NCBI GenBank assembly: GCA_002409965.1
Contig: DHON01000112.1
Span: 555-64,554, forward strand
Origin: Firmicutes bacterium UBA5389
GTDB taxonomy: Bacteria; Bacillota; DTU025
DNA length: 64,000 nucleotides
Direction: 5' to 3'
Below, piece by piece: positions 21,606-31,704 of this stretch. Numbering within the stretch: the stretch's first letter is position 1; each line of letters starts with the position of its first letter. The position numbers and the translations under genes are program-made. A model generated the notes under the pieces. The model was not told the DNA's origin. It did no database searches and saw only the letters and a program-made list of their open reading frames with translations.

Positions 21606-22474
21606 CGGCAGCGGCGCCCGGGCTCACACGCACCCGCTGCGCTCCTGGGGCTGTCGCACCGAACCTCTGACAGCCAGCAAGAGGGCGGGCAGGACTGTGA
21701 GGGCCCCGCCAAAGCCCACAGGCAGTAGAGGTCATGTCCGGGCGCGGCGGTCGCCGGGTCCGGTCGGAAGCCGGAGGGGATCGCCACTGTGTCCTGATTC
21801 CGAATTCGGAAGGCACAATCCGAGTCGCGCGAACGCACCCGCTGGGTTCCGAGGCCCGTCTCGGGCCTCAGCCTGAAGTGCCTCACCTCTTCGTAGTCGC
21901 GCTCCCCGCCTGACTCATCCTCAGCCTCGGCGGCGCACATCAACGTCTCGCCGATTATCATCCCATGACCTGAGCGGGTTACGGCGGCGACATAGCGGAC
22001 CTCTCCAGACCGCTTCCCTCGCCCAATGGCCTGCGCCTGCAGTCTCTCGGGCGTTATGATTTCGGCGCCTGGTCGCGGCGGTTCGTCTGAGCTCCCGGCC
22101 GCCCCCTCCGCGATCAGCTCGGCACGGATCAGCGCCAGTTCAGCCGGGCCGGACAGGCCCTTCAGGAATAGCGTCGTGTACGGCCGAGCGCATATCGCCC
22201 AGGGCAGGCCGTCGAATACATCGCGCCGGCCCTCGAGGGTCTCCCGTCTCATCTGCCCGTCCGCGCCCTCCCATGCGGCCTCTACAGCGCCGCTCAACAC
22301 AACGGCCACCGTGTCCATAGGACCGAAATCGAACCCTCTCCGCTCGTCCTGTCGAATACGGACGAACCCAAGGTAGATGTAGCGCAGTTCTAGCTCAGGA
22401 CTGGCAGGGCTCGCTACCTCGCGAATCCGTGTTGTTCCGCAGGCCCTTTCGGGCATTCTCACTAGCAATGACAT
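21602..22474 (-). CDS. IolB/KduI-family cupin protein, apparently catalytically degenerate
   Basis: GRRDVFDG, YEE, AAPGHDLYCLWALAG resemble IolB, but the WSSYPPHKH and GYH motifs are missing. Confidence 0.65.
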   Translation of the reverse strand: MSLLVRMPERACGTTRIREVASPASPELELRYIYLGFVRIRQDERRGFDFGPMDTVAVVLSGAVEAAWEGADGQMRRETLEGRRDVFDGLPWAICARPYTTLFLKGLSGPAELALIRAELIAEGAAGSSDEPPRPGAEIITPERLQAQAIGRGKRSGEVRYVAAVTRSGHGMIIGETLMCAAEAEDESGGERDYEEVRHFRLRPETGLGTQRVRSRDSDCAFRIRNQDTVAIPSGFRPDPATAAPGHDLYCLWALAGPSQSCPPSCWLSEVRCDSPRSAAGACEPGRRCR

Positions 22475-22548
22475 CGTAAACACCCCACAAAAGCATCCCA
22501 TGCCTGGTGCAGTGGAACCAAATCCACTATAATTGGTCGTAAGGCTCA

Positions 22549-24321
22549 GTGTGGGCCGTGACGAACAGGACGGTGACTGCATTGCGCAAACCCGCGCACA
22601 CCCATCGACACAGCATTTCCCGAATCTTGTGGCGCGGAATCTACTCGACCATTGCTGCGTTGATGTTAACGTCTCTGACGATTCCTATTCCAGTATCGGG
22701 CGCACCACCGTTCGCCGGTCTGTCTCCGCTACCTGGCCCCAAAGCATTCGATGCACAATCGATTGAAGATTTCTACACCTATGATAACAGACGTCCCCTC
22801 GATCCTTCCATAGTCATGCTCGATTCTAGCGAATGGTACCAGCATTACGATCTGCAGTATCAGAGCGAAGGCGACACTGTGTATTCTCACTATTTCGTGC
22901 CGGTCCTGCCGCGCAACGCCGGAAGCCCGGCCATAATCGGGCTGCACGGGATGTTCTCCGACTCAGAACAGCAATTCTGGATGCTGGCCGAGTTCGTCGC
23001 CAAACGGGGTATCGCCGGGCTAGCGCCCAGCCTGCCCTACCACCACCGCAGGAGCAAAGGCGTTCAACTCTTCTCCGGTCAGAAGTTCATCGTGGACACA
23101 CCTCAATCGATCAGAAACAACATCAGGCGCGCAGTGATCGACATGCGCCGCGCCCTGGACTGGCTGAGCGACCGCCCTGAGATCGACTCGCAGACCATCA
23201 CCATGGCCGGTGCCAGCCTGGGCGGGATAGTAGCCTCGCTTGCCTACAAGATGGAGCCCAGATTTCGCACGGCAGTATTCGTCATGGCCGGGTGTGGGGT
23301 TTCGGGCATCGCACAGAACAGCGAACACGTATTGGTTACAGCTTTCAGAGAAATCACCAAGACCAAAGTCCTCAACCTGCAAGACATCGTCGAAACGCTG
23401 CAGCCCGTTGATCCGATCAACGTGCCTGACCTCTATCCCCGACCTGTCCTCATGATCAACGGCACCAAAGACACCATCATGCCTCCATCGGAGTCCGTGA
23501 AACTCCTCCGCTCGCTGGGCCAGGCGCAGCAGGTGTGGGCCGACAGCAGCCACTACTTCCCTGCGTACGCAGCCGCGTATCTCCTGGCGTCTTTTCTGGC
23601 TGAGCACATGCCCGAGTCATACGGCATCCCAGCCCCCGGCAGTGTGCTCCAGGTCCAGCCGGGGTGGCGGTTTGTCGAAGCCGTTCAACCCATGGTCCCG
23701 GGCGAGGACAGGCTGTGGGTAGACGTGGAGGCGCAGGCGCCATCGGCCGGCGCATCGTCGGCTCACCGTGTAGGCGTGCCGATGGTGAACAAAGTCGTGC
23801 CGGTGATCGCGGTGAGCGCCGACACGTTCCGGGCCGCTGGGGCCGACCTGCTCAAGTTGCCCGCGTTCATCCATGTGATGGCCTCCGACAGCCTGTTCGA
23901 CTTCGCAGCCGCATGCGCATATGCAAGCGCTCTTGGGCTGGGGCATGAGCCGCTTCTGTACTACCTGGCACCGTCTGCGTCATTCGCCGGCGCCTCCTCC
24001 GTTCCCGTCTCCACCGCATGGGAACGCTACACCCTAATGGAGTTCTCAGCTGCCCATGTGGAGCTGACAAGGCCGGCAACAGCGGCTCTTGTACTTCCCG
24101 CCGCGTCGACTGCGTCGGTGACCTCCTGGCCCTCGCCGCTCGATCTGTGCGCTTCGTCATCGACGTATTCCAGCGCATCGGCGGCCGCAGCGGCGCTCGC
24201 CGCCAGAATACAATGGGACAAGCTCAAAACGCTCGAACACTTCGAAAAAGCGCCCAACGAATGGCCGAGCTGGTCAGCCGGGCCTCCCGACATCAACGAC
24301 GATGCCGGGAGCATACAGTAG
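22549..24321 (+). CDS. Exported alpha/beta hydrolase with an unrecognised C-terminal region
   Basis: LHG oxyanion region, GASLGG nucleophile elbow, NGTKD, SSH; signal-like N-terminus; start uncertain. Confidence 0.75.
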   Translation: MWAVTNRTVTALRKPAHTHRHSISRILWRGIYSTIAALMLTSLTIPIPVSGAPPFAGLSPLPGPKAFDAQSIEDFYTYDNRRPLDPSIVMLDSSEWYQHYDLQYQSEGDTVYSHYFVPVLPRNAGSPAIIGLHGMFSDSEQQFWMLAEFVAKRGIAGLAPSLPYHHRRSKGVQLFSGQKFIVDTPQSIRNNIRRAVIDMRRALDWLSDRPEIDSQTITMAGASLGGIVASLAYKMEPRFRTAVFVMAGCGVSGIAQNSEHVLVTAFREITKTKVLNLQDIVETLQPVDPINVPDLYPRPVLMINGTKDTIMPPSESVKLLRSLGQAQQVWADSSHYFPAYAAAYLLASFLAEHMPESYGIPAPGSVLQVQPGWRFVEAVQPMVPGEDRLWVDVEAQAPSAGASSAHRVGVPMVNKVVPVIAVSADTFRAAGADLLKLPAFIHVMASDSLFDFAAACAYASALGLGHEPLLYYLAPSASFAGASSVPVSTAWERYTLMEFSAAHVELTRPATAALVLPAASTASVTSWPSPLDLCASSSTYSSASAAAAALAARIQWDKLKTLEHFEKAPNEWPSWSAGPPDINDDAGSIQ

Positions 24322-25336
24322 CCACGGCCCCGAGCGCCCGCTCGACTCCGGCAGAATCCACATGCCTGTTGAGCACGGCCCTCAGTCCAGAAGGCGGCCT
24401 GGTGGTAACGCGCACTCCCTCCCGGGCGAGTTCAGCGGCGAACCTAGGCGCGCGTATCCCAAGGGCTAAGACATCGAACCCGACAATGTTAGTCTGAACA
24501 GTCGACAGATCTATCGCGATTCCCGGGATCTCGGCCAGGCCAAGCCCGAGACTTCGCGCGTTCGCGTGGTCGTCGGCCAGCCTGTCCACCATCTTCTCGA
24601 TAGCGATTATGCCGGCGGCCGCCAGCACTCCCGCCTGACGCATCCCGCCGCCCAGCATCTTGCGGTTCTTGCGCGCGGCCCTTATGAACTCGGCGCTGCC
24701 GGCAAGGATTGAGCCCACTGGAGCCGAGAGCCCCTTAGACAGGCAGAACATCACCGAGTCCACATGCTCTGCTATCTCCTGTGCCTCTACCCCGAGCGCC
24801 AGTGCGGCGTTGAATATGCGGGCGCCGTCGAGGTGAACTGTCAGTCCATTCTCGTCGGCAACCCTGCGAAGCGCGGCCATCGCAGGAATGGGCGTCACTG
24901 TCCCCCCGCCCCTGTTGTGAGTATTCTCTATGGACAGACACGCGGCTTGCGCGTAATGGATGTTCTCCTCTCTGATTGCCGCCGTGACATCGTCCGGGTC
25001 GAGTACGCCGTTTCTCCCGCTCACGAGGCGCGGCACCACGCCGGCCACTGCGGATAGACCGCCCACTTCGTAGTAGTAGATGTGACAGTCGGATTCCAAC
25101 ACGATCTCGTCGCCTCGCCGGCAGTGGGTCATCACCGCCAACAGGTTGCCCATGGTTCCGGACGGAACGAACATCGCCGCTTCCTTGCCCACTTTCCCAG
25201 CCGCCAATTCCTCCAGACGTTTCACAGTCGGATCCTCGCCGTACACGTCATCTCCCACATCGGCCCAGCGCATCGCCTCGCGCATCTCGCCCGTGGGAAG
25301 AGTCAGAGTGTCGCTTCGCATCTCGATGAAGTCCAT
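24293..25336 (-). CDS. ltaE: Low-specificity L-threonine aldolase
   Basis: RSDT, GDDVYGEDPT, SGTMGN, ENTHN, HLDGARIFNA, CLSKGL, GGGMRQAG. Confidence 0.95.
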   Translation of the reverse strand: MDFIEMRSDTLTLPTGEMREAMRWADVGDDVYGEDPTVKRLEELAAGKVGKEAAMFVPSGTMGNLLAVMTHCRRGDEIVLESDCHIYYYEVGGLSAVAGVVPRLVSGRNGVLDPDDVTAAIREENIHYAQAACLSIENTHNRGGGTVTPIPAMAALRRVADENGLTVHLDGARIFNAALALGVEAQEIAEHVDSVMFCLSKGLSAPVGSILAGSAEFIRAARKNRKMLGGGMRQAGVLAAAGIIAIEKMVDRLADDHANARSLGLGLAEIPGIAIDLSTVQTNIVGFDVLALGIRAPRFAAELAREGVRVTTRPPSGLRAVLNRHVDSAGVERALGAVATVCSRHRR

Positions 25337-25514
25337 ACACAACACCGCCTTTGCGCTAGGTAGTGAGTGATACGCCGAGCGACAGGCGGATTCCTGCATC
25401 CAGCGAGCGGCGAGGGTAGCGGGTTGTGGCAGGAGTTCACTCTAGAGTGTATAATGGGTTTGGTATGCATAATGCGCACAGGCCTGATCGAGCGATTGAG
25501 CGAGGTGAGTTTAT

Positions 25515-27062
25515 TTGGGCGACAATGACAAGCTCCGCGAACTTGGTGCCCGAAAAGGCAAGGCGCTCAATGGGGGCGGCCCCAAGAGCGTCGAAAAGCA
25601 GCATGCTGCAGGCAAGCTGACTGCCAGAGAGCGGCTCGAACGTCTGTTGGATCCAGGAAGCTTCGCCGAACTTGACATGTTTGTCGAGCACAGGTGCCAT
25701 GATCTGGGCATGGCCGAACGGCAACTCCCGGGCGAAGGGGTCGTCACAGGCTGTGGAAGCATAGACGGGCGAAAGGTGTTCGTCTTCGCACAGGACTTCA
25801 CGGTTATGGGCGGATCCCTCGGAGAAATGCACGCCAAGAAGATCTGCAAGGTCATGGATCTAGCAGTAAAGGTCGGAGCGCCTTTCATCGGAATCAACGA
25901 CTCCGGCGGAGCGCGCATTCAGGAGGGCGTGGACGCGCTCTCGGGCTACGGTCAGATATTCTACAGAAACACCATTTCATCGGGCGTAATCCCGCAGATC
26001 TCGGTAATCATGGGGCCGTGCGCCGGCGGCGCAGTCTACTCCCCTGCCCTGACCGACTTCGTCTTCATGGTGCAGGGAGCCAACATGTTCATCACCGGTC
26101 CGCAGGTAATCAAAGCCGTCACAGGCGAGGACGTATCCGCCGACGAACTCGGCGGCGCCGCGACGCACAACCGCACGAGCGGCGTCGCGCACTTCATGTA
26201 CAGCACCGAGGACGACTGCTTCCTGGCCATTCGCAAGCTCCTGTCCTACCTCCCGGCGAACAACCTGGAGGATCCTCCGGTTCTGCCCGCTCCCGATGAG
26301 GCCAAAGATGCTAACCCGAAGATGCGCGAAATCGTGCCGTCCGAATCGAACAGGCCCTATGATATGCGCCATGTAATCGCCGGCTTCGTCGACAATGCCG
26401 ACTTTTTCGAGGTGCATCAGCACTTCGCCATGAACATCGTCGTGGGCTTCGCGCGCCTAGGCGGACGCCCGATCGGGATCATCGCCAACCAACCCGCTAT
26501 GGCGGCGGGATGCCTCGACATAAACGCATCCGACAAGGCCGCCCGTTTCATCAGGTTCTGCGATGCGTTCAACGTCCCCATAATCAACCTGGTGGACGTG
26601 CCAGGATTTCTGCCCGGCGTCAATCAGGAGACCGGAGGGATAATTCGGCACGGCGCCAAGTTGCTGTACGCCTACTCTGAGGCCACCGTGCCCAAAATAA
26701 CCCTTATCGTCCGCAAGGCTTACGGAGGAGCGTATCTCGCCATGTGCAGCCGCGACCTGGGCGCCGACGCCGTGTTCGCGTGGCCCGGTGCCGAAATCGC
26801 GGTCATGGGACCCGACGGCGCAGCCAACATCATATTCCGCCGCGAGATCCAAGCAGCCGAGAACCCAGCAGAAGCCCGCAAGGAGAAGATCGAGGATTAC
26901 CGCTCCAAGTTCGCCAACCCTTTTGTCGCGGCGGCGCGCGGGTTCGTAGACGATGTGATCGACCCGGCAGAAACCCGCGTCAGGCTTCTGGGGGCACTGG
27001 ACATGCTGTCTACCAAGCGAGAGTCGCGTCCTCCCAGGAAACATGGGAACATCCCGGTGTGA
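25515..27062 (+). CDS. mmdA: Methylmalonyl-CoA decarboxylase alpha subunit (carboxyltransferase)
   Basis: [44 protein letters not shown]; in an operon with OadG, biotin carrier and beta subunit genes. Confidence 0.92.
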   Translation: MGDNDKLRELGARKGKALNGGGPKSVEKQHAAGKLTARERLERLLDPGSFAELDMFVEHRCHDLGMAERQLPGEGVVTGCGSIDGRKVFVFAQDFTVMGGSLGEMHAKKICKVMDLAVKVGAPFIGINDSGGARIQEGVDALSGYGQIFYRNTISSGVIPQISVIMGPCAGGAVYSPALTDFVFMVQGANMFITGPQVIKAVTGEDVSADELGGAATHNRTSGVAHFMYSTEDDCFLAIRKLLSYLPANNLEDPPVLPAPDEAKDANPKMREIVPSESNRPYDMRHVIAGFVDNADFFEVHQHFAMNIVVGFARLGGRPIGIIANQPAMAAGCLDINASDKAARFIRFCDAFNVPIINLVDVPGFLPGVNQETGGIIRHGAKLLYAYSEATVPKITLIVRKAYGGAYLAMCSRDLGADAVFAWPGAEIAVMGPDGAANIIFRREIQAAENPAEARKEKIEDYRSKFANPFVAAARGFVDDVIDPAETRVRLLGALDMLSTKRESRPPRKHGNIPV

Positions 27063-27077
27063 TGGGAGGCGTATACA

Positions 27078-27452
27078 ATGACCACAGGTGAGAATCTGCT
27101 GCTCGGCTTGCAGACACTGCTCCTCGGCATGGCGGTCACTTTCGTGGGCCTGCTCATACTGCAGGGAGTCATGAAGCTCATGGCCAGGTTCAGTCGGGCA
27201 AAGAGGCGCGATGCCGGCGCTCCCGTAGCGTCAGGCCCTCTTGCGTCCGCCGACGCCCAGGCTGAGCTCCCAATCCGGCACGATGAGGAGATAGCCGCGA
27301 TATCGGCCGTCATGGCCATGCTAACAGCCGACGACGAACCGCCCATGCAAGTCAAGTCGGTTAGGCCGGTGGATCCCGCCACGGCCGGCGTATCGAACGT
27401 CTGGGGCCTTGCAGGCCGTCAGGAGATCATGGCGTCTCGCCGCAGAGCGTAG
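27078..27452 (+). CDS. mmdD: Decarboxylase delta subunit (OadG family)
   Basis: Single TM (LLGMAVTFVGLLIL), EEIAAISA, WGLAGR. Confidence 0.85.
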   Translation: MTTGENLLLGLQTLLLGMAVTFVGLLILQGVMKLMARFSRAKRRDAGAPVASGPLASADAQAELPIRHDEEIAAISAVMAMLTADDEPPMQVKSVRPVDPATAGVSNVWGLAGRQEIMASRRRA

Positions 27453-27505
27453 CAAGTCGCCTGGTAGAGCAATCAGCTTAATCCTGTTTGGAGGAGGACT
27501 GCTAA

Positions 27506-27892
<387 letters not shown>

Positions 27893-27906
27893 GGAGGACT
27901 CCATCT

Positions 27907-29037
27907 GTGCAAGAAGCCTTCATAGAGTTGCTGCAAAGCACGGGTTTCTCCGCGATCACAGGGCGCGAACTCGTGATGATCGCTATTTCCCTGACACTGA
28001 TGTACCTGGCCATTGAGCGCAAATTCGAACCCTTATTGCTTCTCCCCATCTCCTTCGGCATACTTCTCGCGAACTTGCCGTTGACGGGGTTCATGGACGC
28101 CCCCAATGGCGGCGTAGTGGGCGGGCTGCTCTACTACCTATATCAAGGGGTAAAACTGGGCATATACCCGCCGCTTGTGTTTATGGGAATCGGAGCCATG
28201 ACCGATTTCGGCCCGCTAATCGCCAACCCGTCCACCATATTGCTGGGCGGCGCAGCGCAACTCGGAATATTCATAGCTTTCATGGGGGCACTGCTCTTCG
28301 GTTACTCGCCGCAGCAGTCCGCGGCAATAGGGATCATTGGCGGAGCCAATGGCCCGGCGTCGATACTGGTGGCTACTCGGCTCGCGCCTGAGCTGCTCGG
28401 CCCGATAGCCATAGCTGCCTACTCCTACATGGCGCTGGTACCTATCATCCAACCGCCGATCATGCGCGCACTGACTCGCAAAGCTGACCGTCAGATAGTC
28501 ATGGCCCAGCTCAGGCCGGTATCGAAGACCGAAAGAATCCTGTTCGCAGTAGTCGTTACAATCCTAGTGGCCCTCATGTTGCCCTCGGCCGCCACCCTCG
28601 TCAGCATGCTGATGCTGGGGAATATCCTGAGGGAATCAGGAGTCGTGGAAAGGCTATCGAAGACAGCGCAGAATGAGCTGATCAACTTGATCACCATTTT
28701 CCTAGGAACCACACTGGGCGCCACCGCCAAGGCAGAGACGTTTCTGACCCTGCAGACCATCGGCATCATACTCCTCGGCCTGGTGGCCTTCGCGGGGGGC
28801 ACAGTTGGCGGACTGCTGCAAGGCAACCTCATGTGCTGGGCTTCACGGGGCAAGATCAACCCGCTGATCGGTTCGGCCGGCGTGTCCGCTGTGCCGATGT
28901 CAGCCAGAGTCGTGCAGGTCGTGGTGCAAGAGGAGAATCCAGGCAACTACCTTCTGATGCATGCCATGGGCCCCAACGTAGCCGGTACCATCGGCTCGGC
29001 CATCGTTGCCGGCGTTCTGCTATCTCGGTTCGGATAA
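27907..29037 (+). CDS. mmdB: Sodium-translocating decarboxylase beta subunit (atypical GGANGP motif)
   Basis: FEPLLLLPI, GAMTDFGPL, AYSYMALVP, GVSAVPM, HAMGPNVAG. Confidence 0.93.
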   Translation: MQEAFIELLQSTGFSAITGRELVMIAISLTLMYLAIERKFEPLLLLPISFGILLANLPLTGFMDAPNGGVVGGLLYYLYQGVKLGIYPPLVFMGIGAMTDFGPLIANPSTILLGGAAQLGIFIAFMGALLFGYSPQQSAAIGIIGGANGPASILVATRLAPELLGPIAIAAYSYMALVPIIQPPIMRALTRKADRQIVMAQLRPVSKTERILFAVVVTILVALMLPSAATLVSMLMLGNILRESGVVERLSKTAQNELINLITIFLGTTLGATAKAETFLTLQTIGIILLGLVAFAGGTVGGLLQGNLMCWASRGKINPLIGSAGVSAVPMSARVVQVVVQEENPGNYLLMHAMGPNVAGTIGSAIVAGVLLSRFG

Positions 29038-29044
29038 GCTCCGG

Positions 29045-29080
29045 CCCCCCGGCATCGCCGCTTGCGGCCGCGCCGGGGGG
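29045..29080. terminator. GC-rich hairpin between convergent operons
   Basis: CCCCCCGGC...GCCGGGGGG inverted repeat after the mmdB stop; U-tract weak. Confidence 0.55.
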
Positions 29081-29107
29081 TGTTCTCAGATAATCGTCGT
29101 CCAAGTA

Positions 29108-29803
29108 TCAGGGCTCGCCCAGGGGCCCACCGAAAGCAATACCCACTTCGATGAAGGGGATTCCCATGGTCTTGAGAGGTCCATCAATGGCGTTCTTGAA
29201 ATTCATTCCATCAAGCCATCCGATGGGTGCATAGAAGAAAGAGTATCCTCCGGCTATCCGAACATCGGCGAAGGTTGACGCCGGGAACGTGATCGATGCC
29301 TGCGGTTGGGCCATTAGGTACAGCCGCCAAAGCGAAGCGGAGTTGCCGGCGCCCAGAAGCTCATCGAAGTCGGCGATGGCTCCCTGTTTCGTCGTGAGCG
29401 TAGCGGCTCCCCCGCCCAACACGGCACCTATTCCCAGGCTGGCCTTGTCGGAACGCCAGACATTGTACTGGACCAGAACCCCTCCGTATCCGATCTCGAG
29501 CGAGGCTGTTTTTGGGGGTGTACCCTCGCTCGCAGGCGATGTCGCAGATCCGCGTCCGCCAACGCCGCCTATGGACCACTTACCATCGCCTATCTCTCCA
29601 ACTCCGTAGCCGCCCCAGACACACATGCCCTTGGGCATTTCGTTGAAGCCCGCCCCAGTCAGTTCCTGATTGAGATCGTCGAGCTTGAGGAAGAGATAGC
29701 CGACGGCATTTCCGCCTCCGCCTGCCTGCGCAGAGCAGGCGCCTGCCGCCACTAAGGCCGCAAGAACCGCTATCGTACATACGCCCAGTCGCTTGAACCT
29801 CAT
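29108..29803 (-). CDS. Exported hypothetical protein, outer-membrane beta-barrel-like
   Basis: Signal peptide; Gly/aromatic alternating strands (IGYGGVLVQY, VRIAGGYSF, FIEVGIAFG). Confidence 0.6.
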   Translation of the reverse strand: MRFKRLGVCTIAVLAALVAAGACSAQAGGGGNAVGYLFLKLDDLNQELTGAGFNEMPKGMCVWGGYGVGEIGDGKWSIGGVGGRGSATSPASEGTPPKTASLEIGYGGVLVQYNVWRSDKASLGIGAVLGGGAATLTTKQGAIADFDELLGAGNSASLWRLYLMAQPQASITFPASTFADVRIAGGYSFFYAPIGWLDGMNFKNAIDGPLKTMGIPFIEVGIAFGGPLGEP

Positions 29804-29822
29804 ATCCGGCTGCCCTCCCTTG

Positions 29823-30224
29823 CTATTCGCGTTCGCACAGCTCAACCAGAACACCGCCGGTGGACTTGGGGTGCAGGAATGCGATGCGCGCTCCTCCCGC
29901 CCCGTAGCGAGGTTTCTCGTCGATGAGACGTACTCCCTTCTGCCTCATCCGCTCGAGCGCCTCGTCGATGTCGTCTACTCTGAGTGCGATGTGCTGCATG
30001 CCTTGGCCACGCTTCTCAATGAACTTGGCGATCGGGCCTTCCGGATCAGTGGACTCCAGGAGTTCGATCTCTGTGTCGCCCACCGGCAGAAACGCCACCC
30101 GAACCTTCTGCTCCTCCACGACCTCCGTGCCGTGCAGCTTGAGCCCCAGCACCTCGGTGTAGATCTTGAGCGCTTCCTCCAGATTGGATACTGCCACGCC
30201 AATATGATCGACCTTACGGACCAC
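29823..30224 (-). CDS. mce: Methylmalonyl-CoA epimerase
   Basis: [35 protein letters not shown]. Confidence 0.95.
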   Translation of the reverse strand: MVRKVDHIGVAVSNLEEALKIYTEVLGLKLHGTEVVEEQKVRVAFLPVGDTEIELLESTDPEGPIAKFIEKRGQGMQHIALRVDDIDEALERMRQKGVRLIDEKPRYGAGGARIAFLHPKSTGGVLVELCERE

Positions 30225-30252
30225 GACTACCCCTCCCCAGCATAAGCAGATG

Positions 30253-31275
30253 TCAGCTGACTACCAGTTCACGCAGGTCCCGACCGGCAGCATACGGGTC
30301 TATCTCCCTGCGTGCCACCTTCCAGGCCAACCCCTCCGCTGCCCCGAGCGTCCGCGCATCATCGGCAAGCCCCCTCCAGATCAGATCGGACGCGATCTTC
30401 ATAGTCTCCGACCTGGCGCGCCGGAATCGCCGCTCGACCAGGGCGTTGTCGGTCACGAGGCACCGCATGTGCGCATCGCACGCTTCGCATACCTCCGCCA
30501 CGCCTTCGCCGGATTCAGCCATGGTCTGCAGGATGGGCGGATGCCACGCATTGGCTGCGATGGCAGCGGTCGCCGTGGCCGTGGCAGTCGCCGCAGCCAT
30601 CGCAGTCGCCGGCCCATGATGCCCCGAGTACTTGCCGGCCAGATCGAGCGACATGCGTATCTCCGCCACAACTCTCTCCACGCCCGGCCGGTCCTTCTTG
30701 TTGACCACGAACACGTCGCCGATCTCCATGACGCCGGCCTTGATGACCTGAATATCGTCGCCGAGCCCGGGCACCTGTACAAGAGCCACCGTATCGGCAA
30801 GCGATGCGATCTCCACCTCTGACTGGCCGACCCCCACAGTCTCAATGACCACGTAATCGTAGCCGGCGGCATCGAGCACATCGACCACGCCCGATGTTGC
30901 CCGCGACAGGCCGCCCAGATGCCCGCGGGTGCCCATGCTTCTGATGAACACGCCGTTGTCCAGCGAGTGGCGCTGCATGCGCAACCTGTCGCCCAAGAGG
31001 GCGCCGCCAGTGAACGGACTAGTGGGATCGACTGCCACAATCCCAACCGTCTTGCCTCGACTCCGGTATTCGGCGGCTATCTTGTCAACGAGCGTGCTCT
31101 TGCCGGATCCAGGCGGGCCGGTAATGCCGATCACGTGGGCTCTGCCTGTGCGCGGGTATATCGCTGCGTACACATCCTCGAACCCAGCACGCCGGTCTTC
31201 TACGATGGATATGAGCCGAGAAACTGCGCGGACCTCGCGTGATAGCGCCCGGCTCACGATCTCCTGCCAATCCAT
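30253..31275 (-). CDS. meaB: Methylmalonyl-CoA mutase-associated GTPase
   Basis: [41 protein letters not shown]. Confidence 0.95.
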   Translation of the reverse strand: MDWQEIVSRALSREVRAVSRLISIVEDRRAGFEDVYAAIYPRTGRAHVIGITGPPGSGKSTLVDKIAAEYRSRGKTVGIVAVDPTSPFTGGALLGDRLRMQRHSLDNGVFIRSMGTRGHLGGLSRATSGVVDVLDAAGYDYVVIETVGVGQSEVEIASLADTVALVQVPGLGDDIQVIKAGVMEIGDVFVVNKKDRPGVERVVAEIRMSLDLAGKYSGHHGPATAMAAATATATATAAIAANAWHPPILQTMAESGEGVAEVCEACDAHMRCLVTDNALVERRFRRARSETMKIASDLIWRGLADDARTLGAAEGLAWKVARREIDPYAAGRDLRELVVS

Positions 31276-31283
31276 GTCGATGC

Positions 31284-31688
31284 CTACCTCTTGATGTTCT
31301 CACGTATGAACTTGACTGTATCGCCAGTCGAGGTCCCGGGGGTGAAAACCGCTGCTATGCCGCACTCCTGGAGGCCGGGAATATCCTCATCGGGTATGAT
31401 CCCGCCGCCAACCACCAGCACATCGTCGGCTCCCCGTTCGCGCAGCAGTTGCGTCACTCTGGGGAACAAGTAGTTGTGGGCCCCCGAGAGAATGGACATG
31501 GCTACGACATCCACGTCCTCCTGAATGGCAGCCGCCACAATCTGCTCCGGCGTCTGCCGAAGCCCTGTGTATATCACTTCCATGCCAGCGTCGCGCAGGG
31601 CGCGCGCGACTACCTTCGCGCCCCGGTCATGCCCGTCAAGGCCGGGCTTGGCGACGAGGACTCTGATCTTCCTGCCCTCATCCATCAT
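31284..31688 (-). CDS. Methylmalonyl-CoA mutase small (B12-binding) subunit
   Basis: [10 protein letters not shown] (DxHxxG), SILSGAH, GGGIIP; start moved to ATG 31688. Confidence 0.94.
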   Translation of the reverse strand: MMDEGRKIRVLVAKPGLDGHDRGAKVVARALRDAGMEVIYTGLRQTPEQIVAAAIQEDVDVVAMSILSGAHNYLFPRVTQLLRERGADDVLVVGGGIIPDEDIPGLQECGIAAVFTPGTSTGDTVKFIRENIKR

Positions 31689-31704
31689 GTCGCTCTCCCC
31701 CTTC

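Noticed and set aside
30550..30630. Ala/Thr low-complexity insert in MeaB ([20 protein letters not shown])
   Set aside because: Falls in a variable loop of this family; likely a neutral expansion
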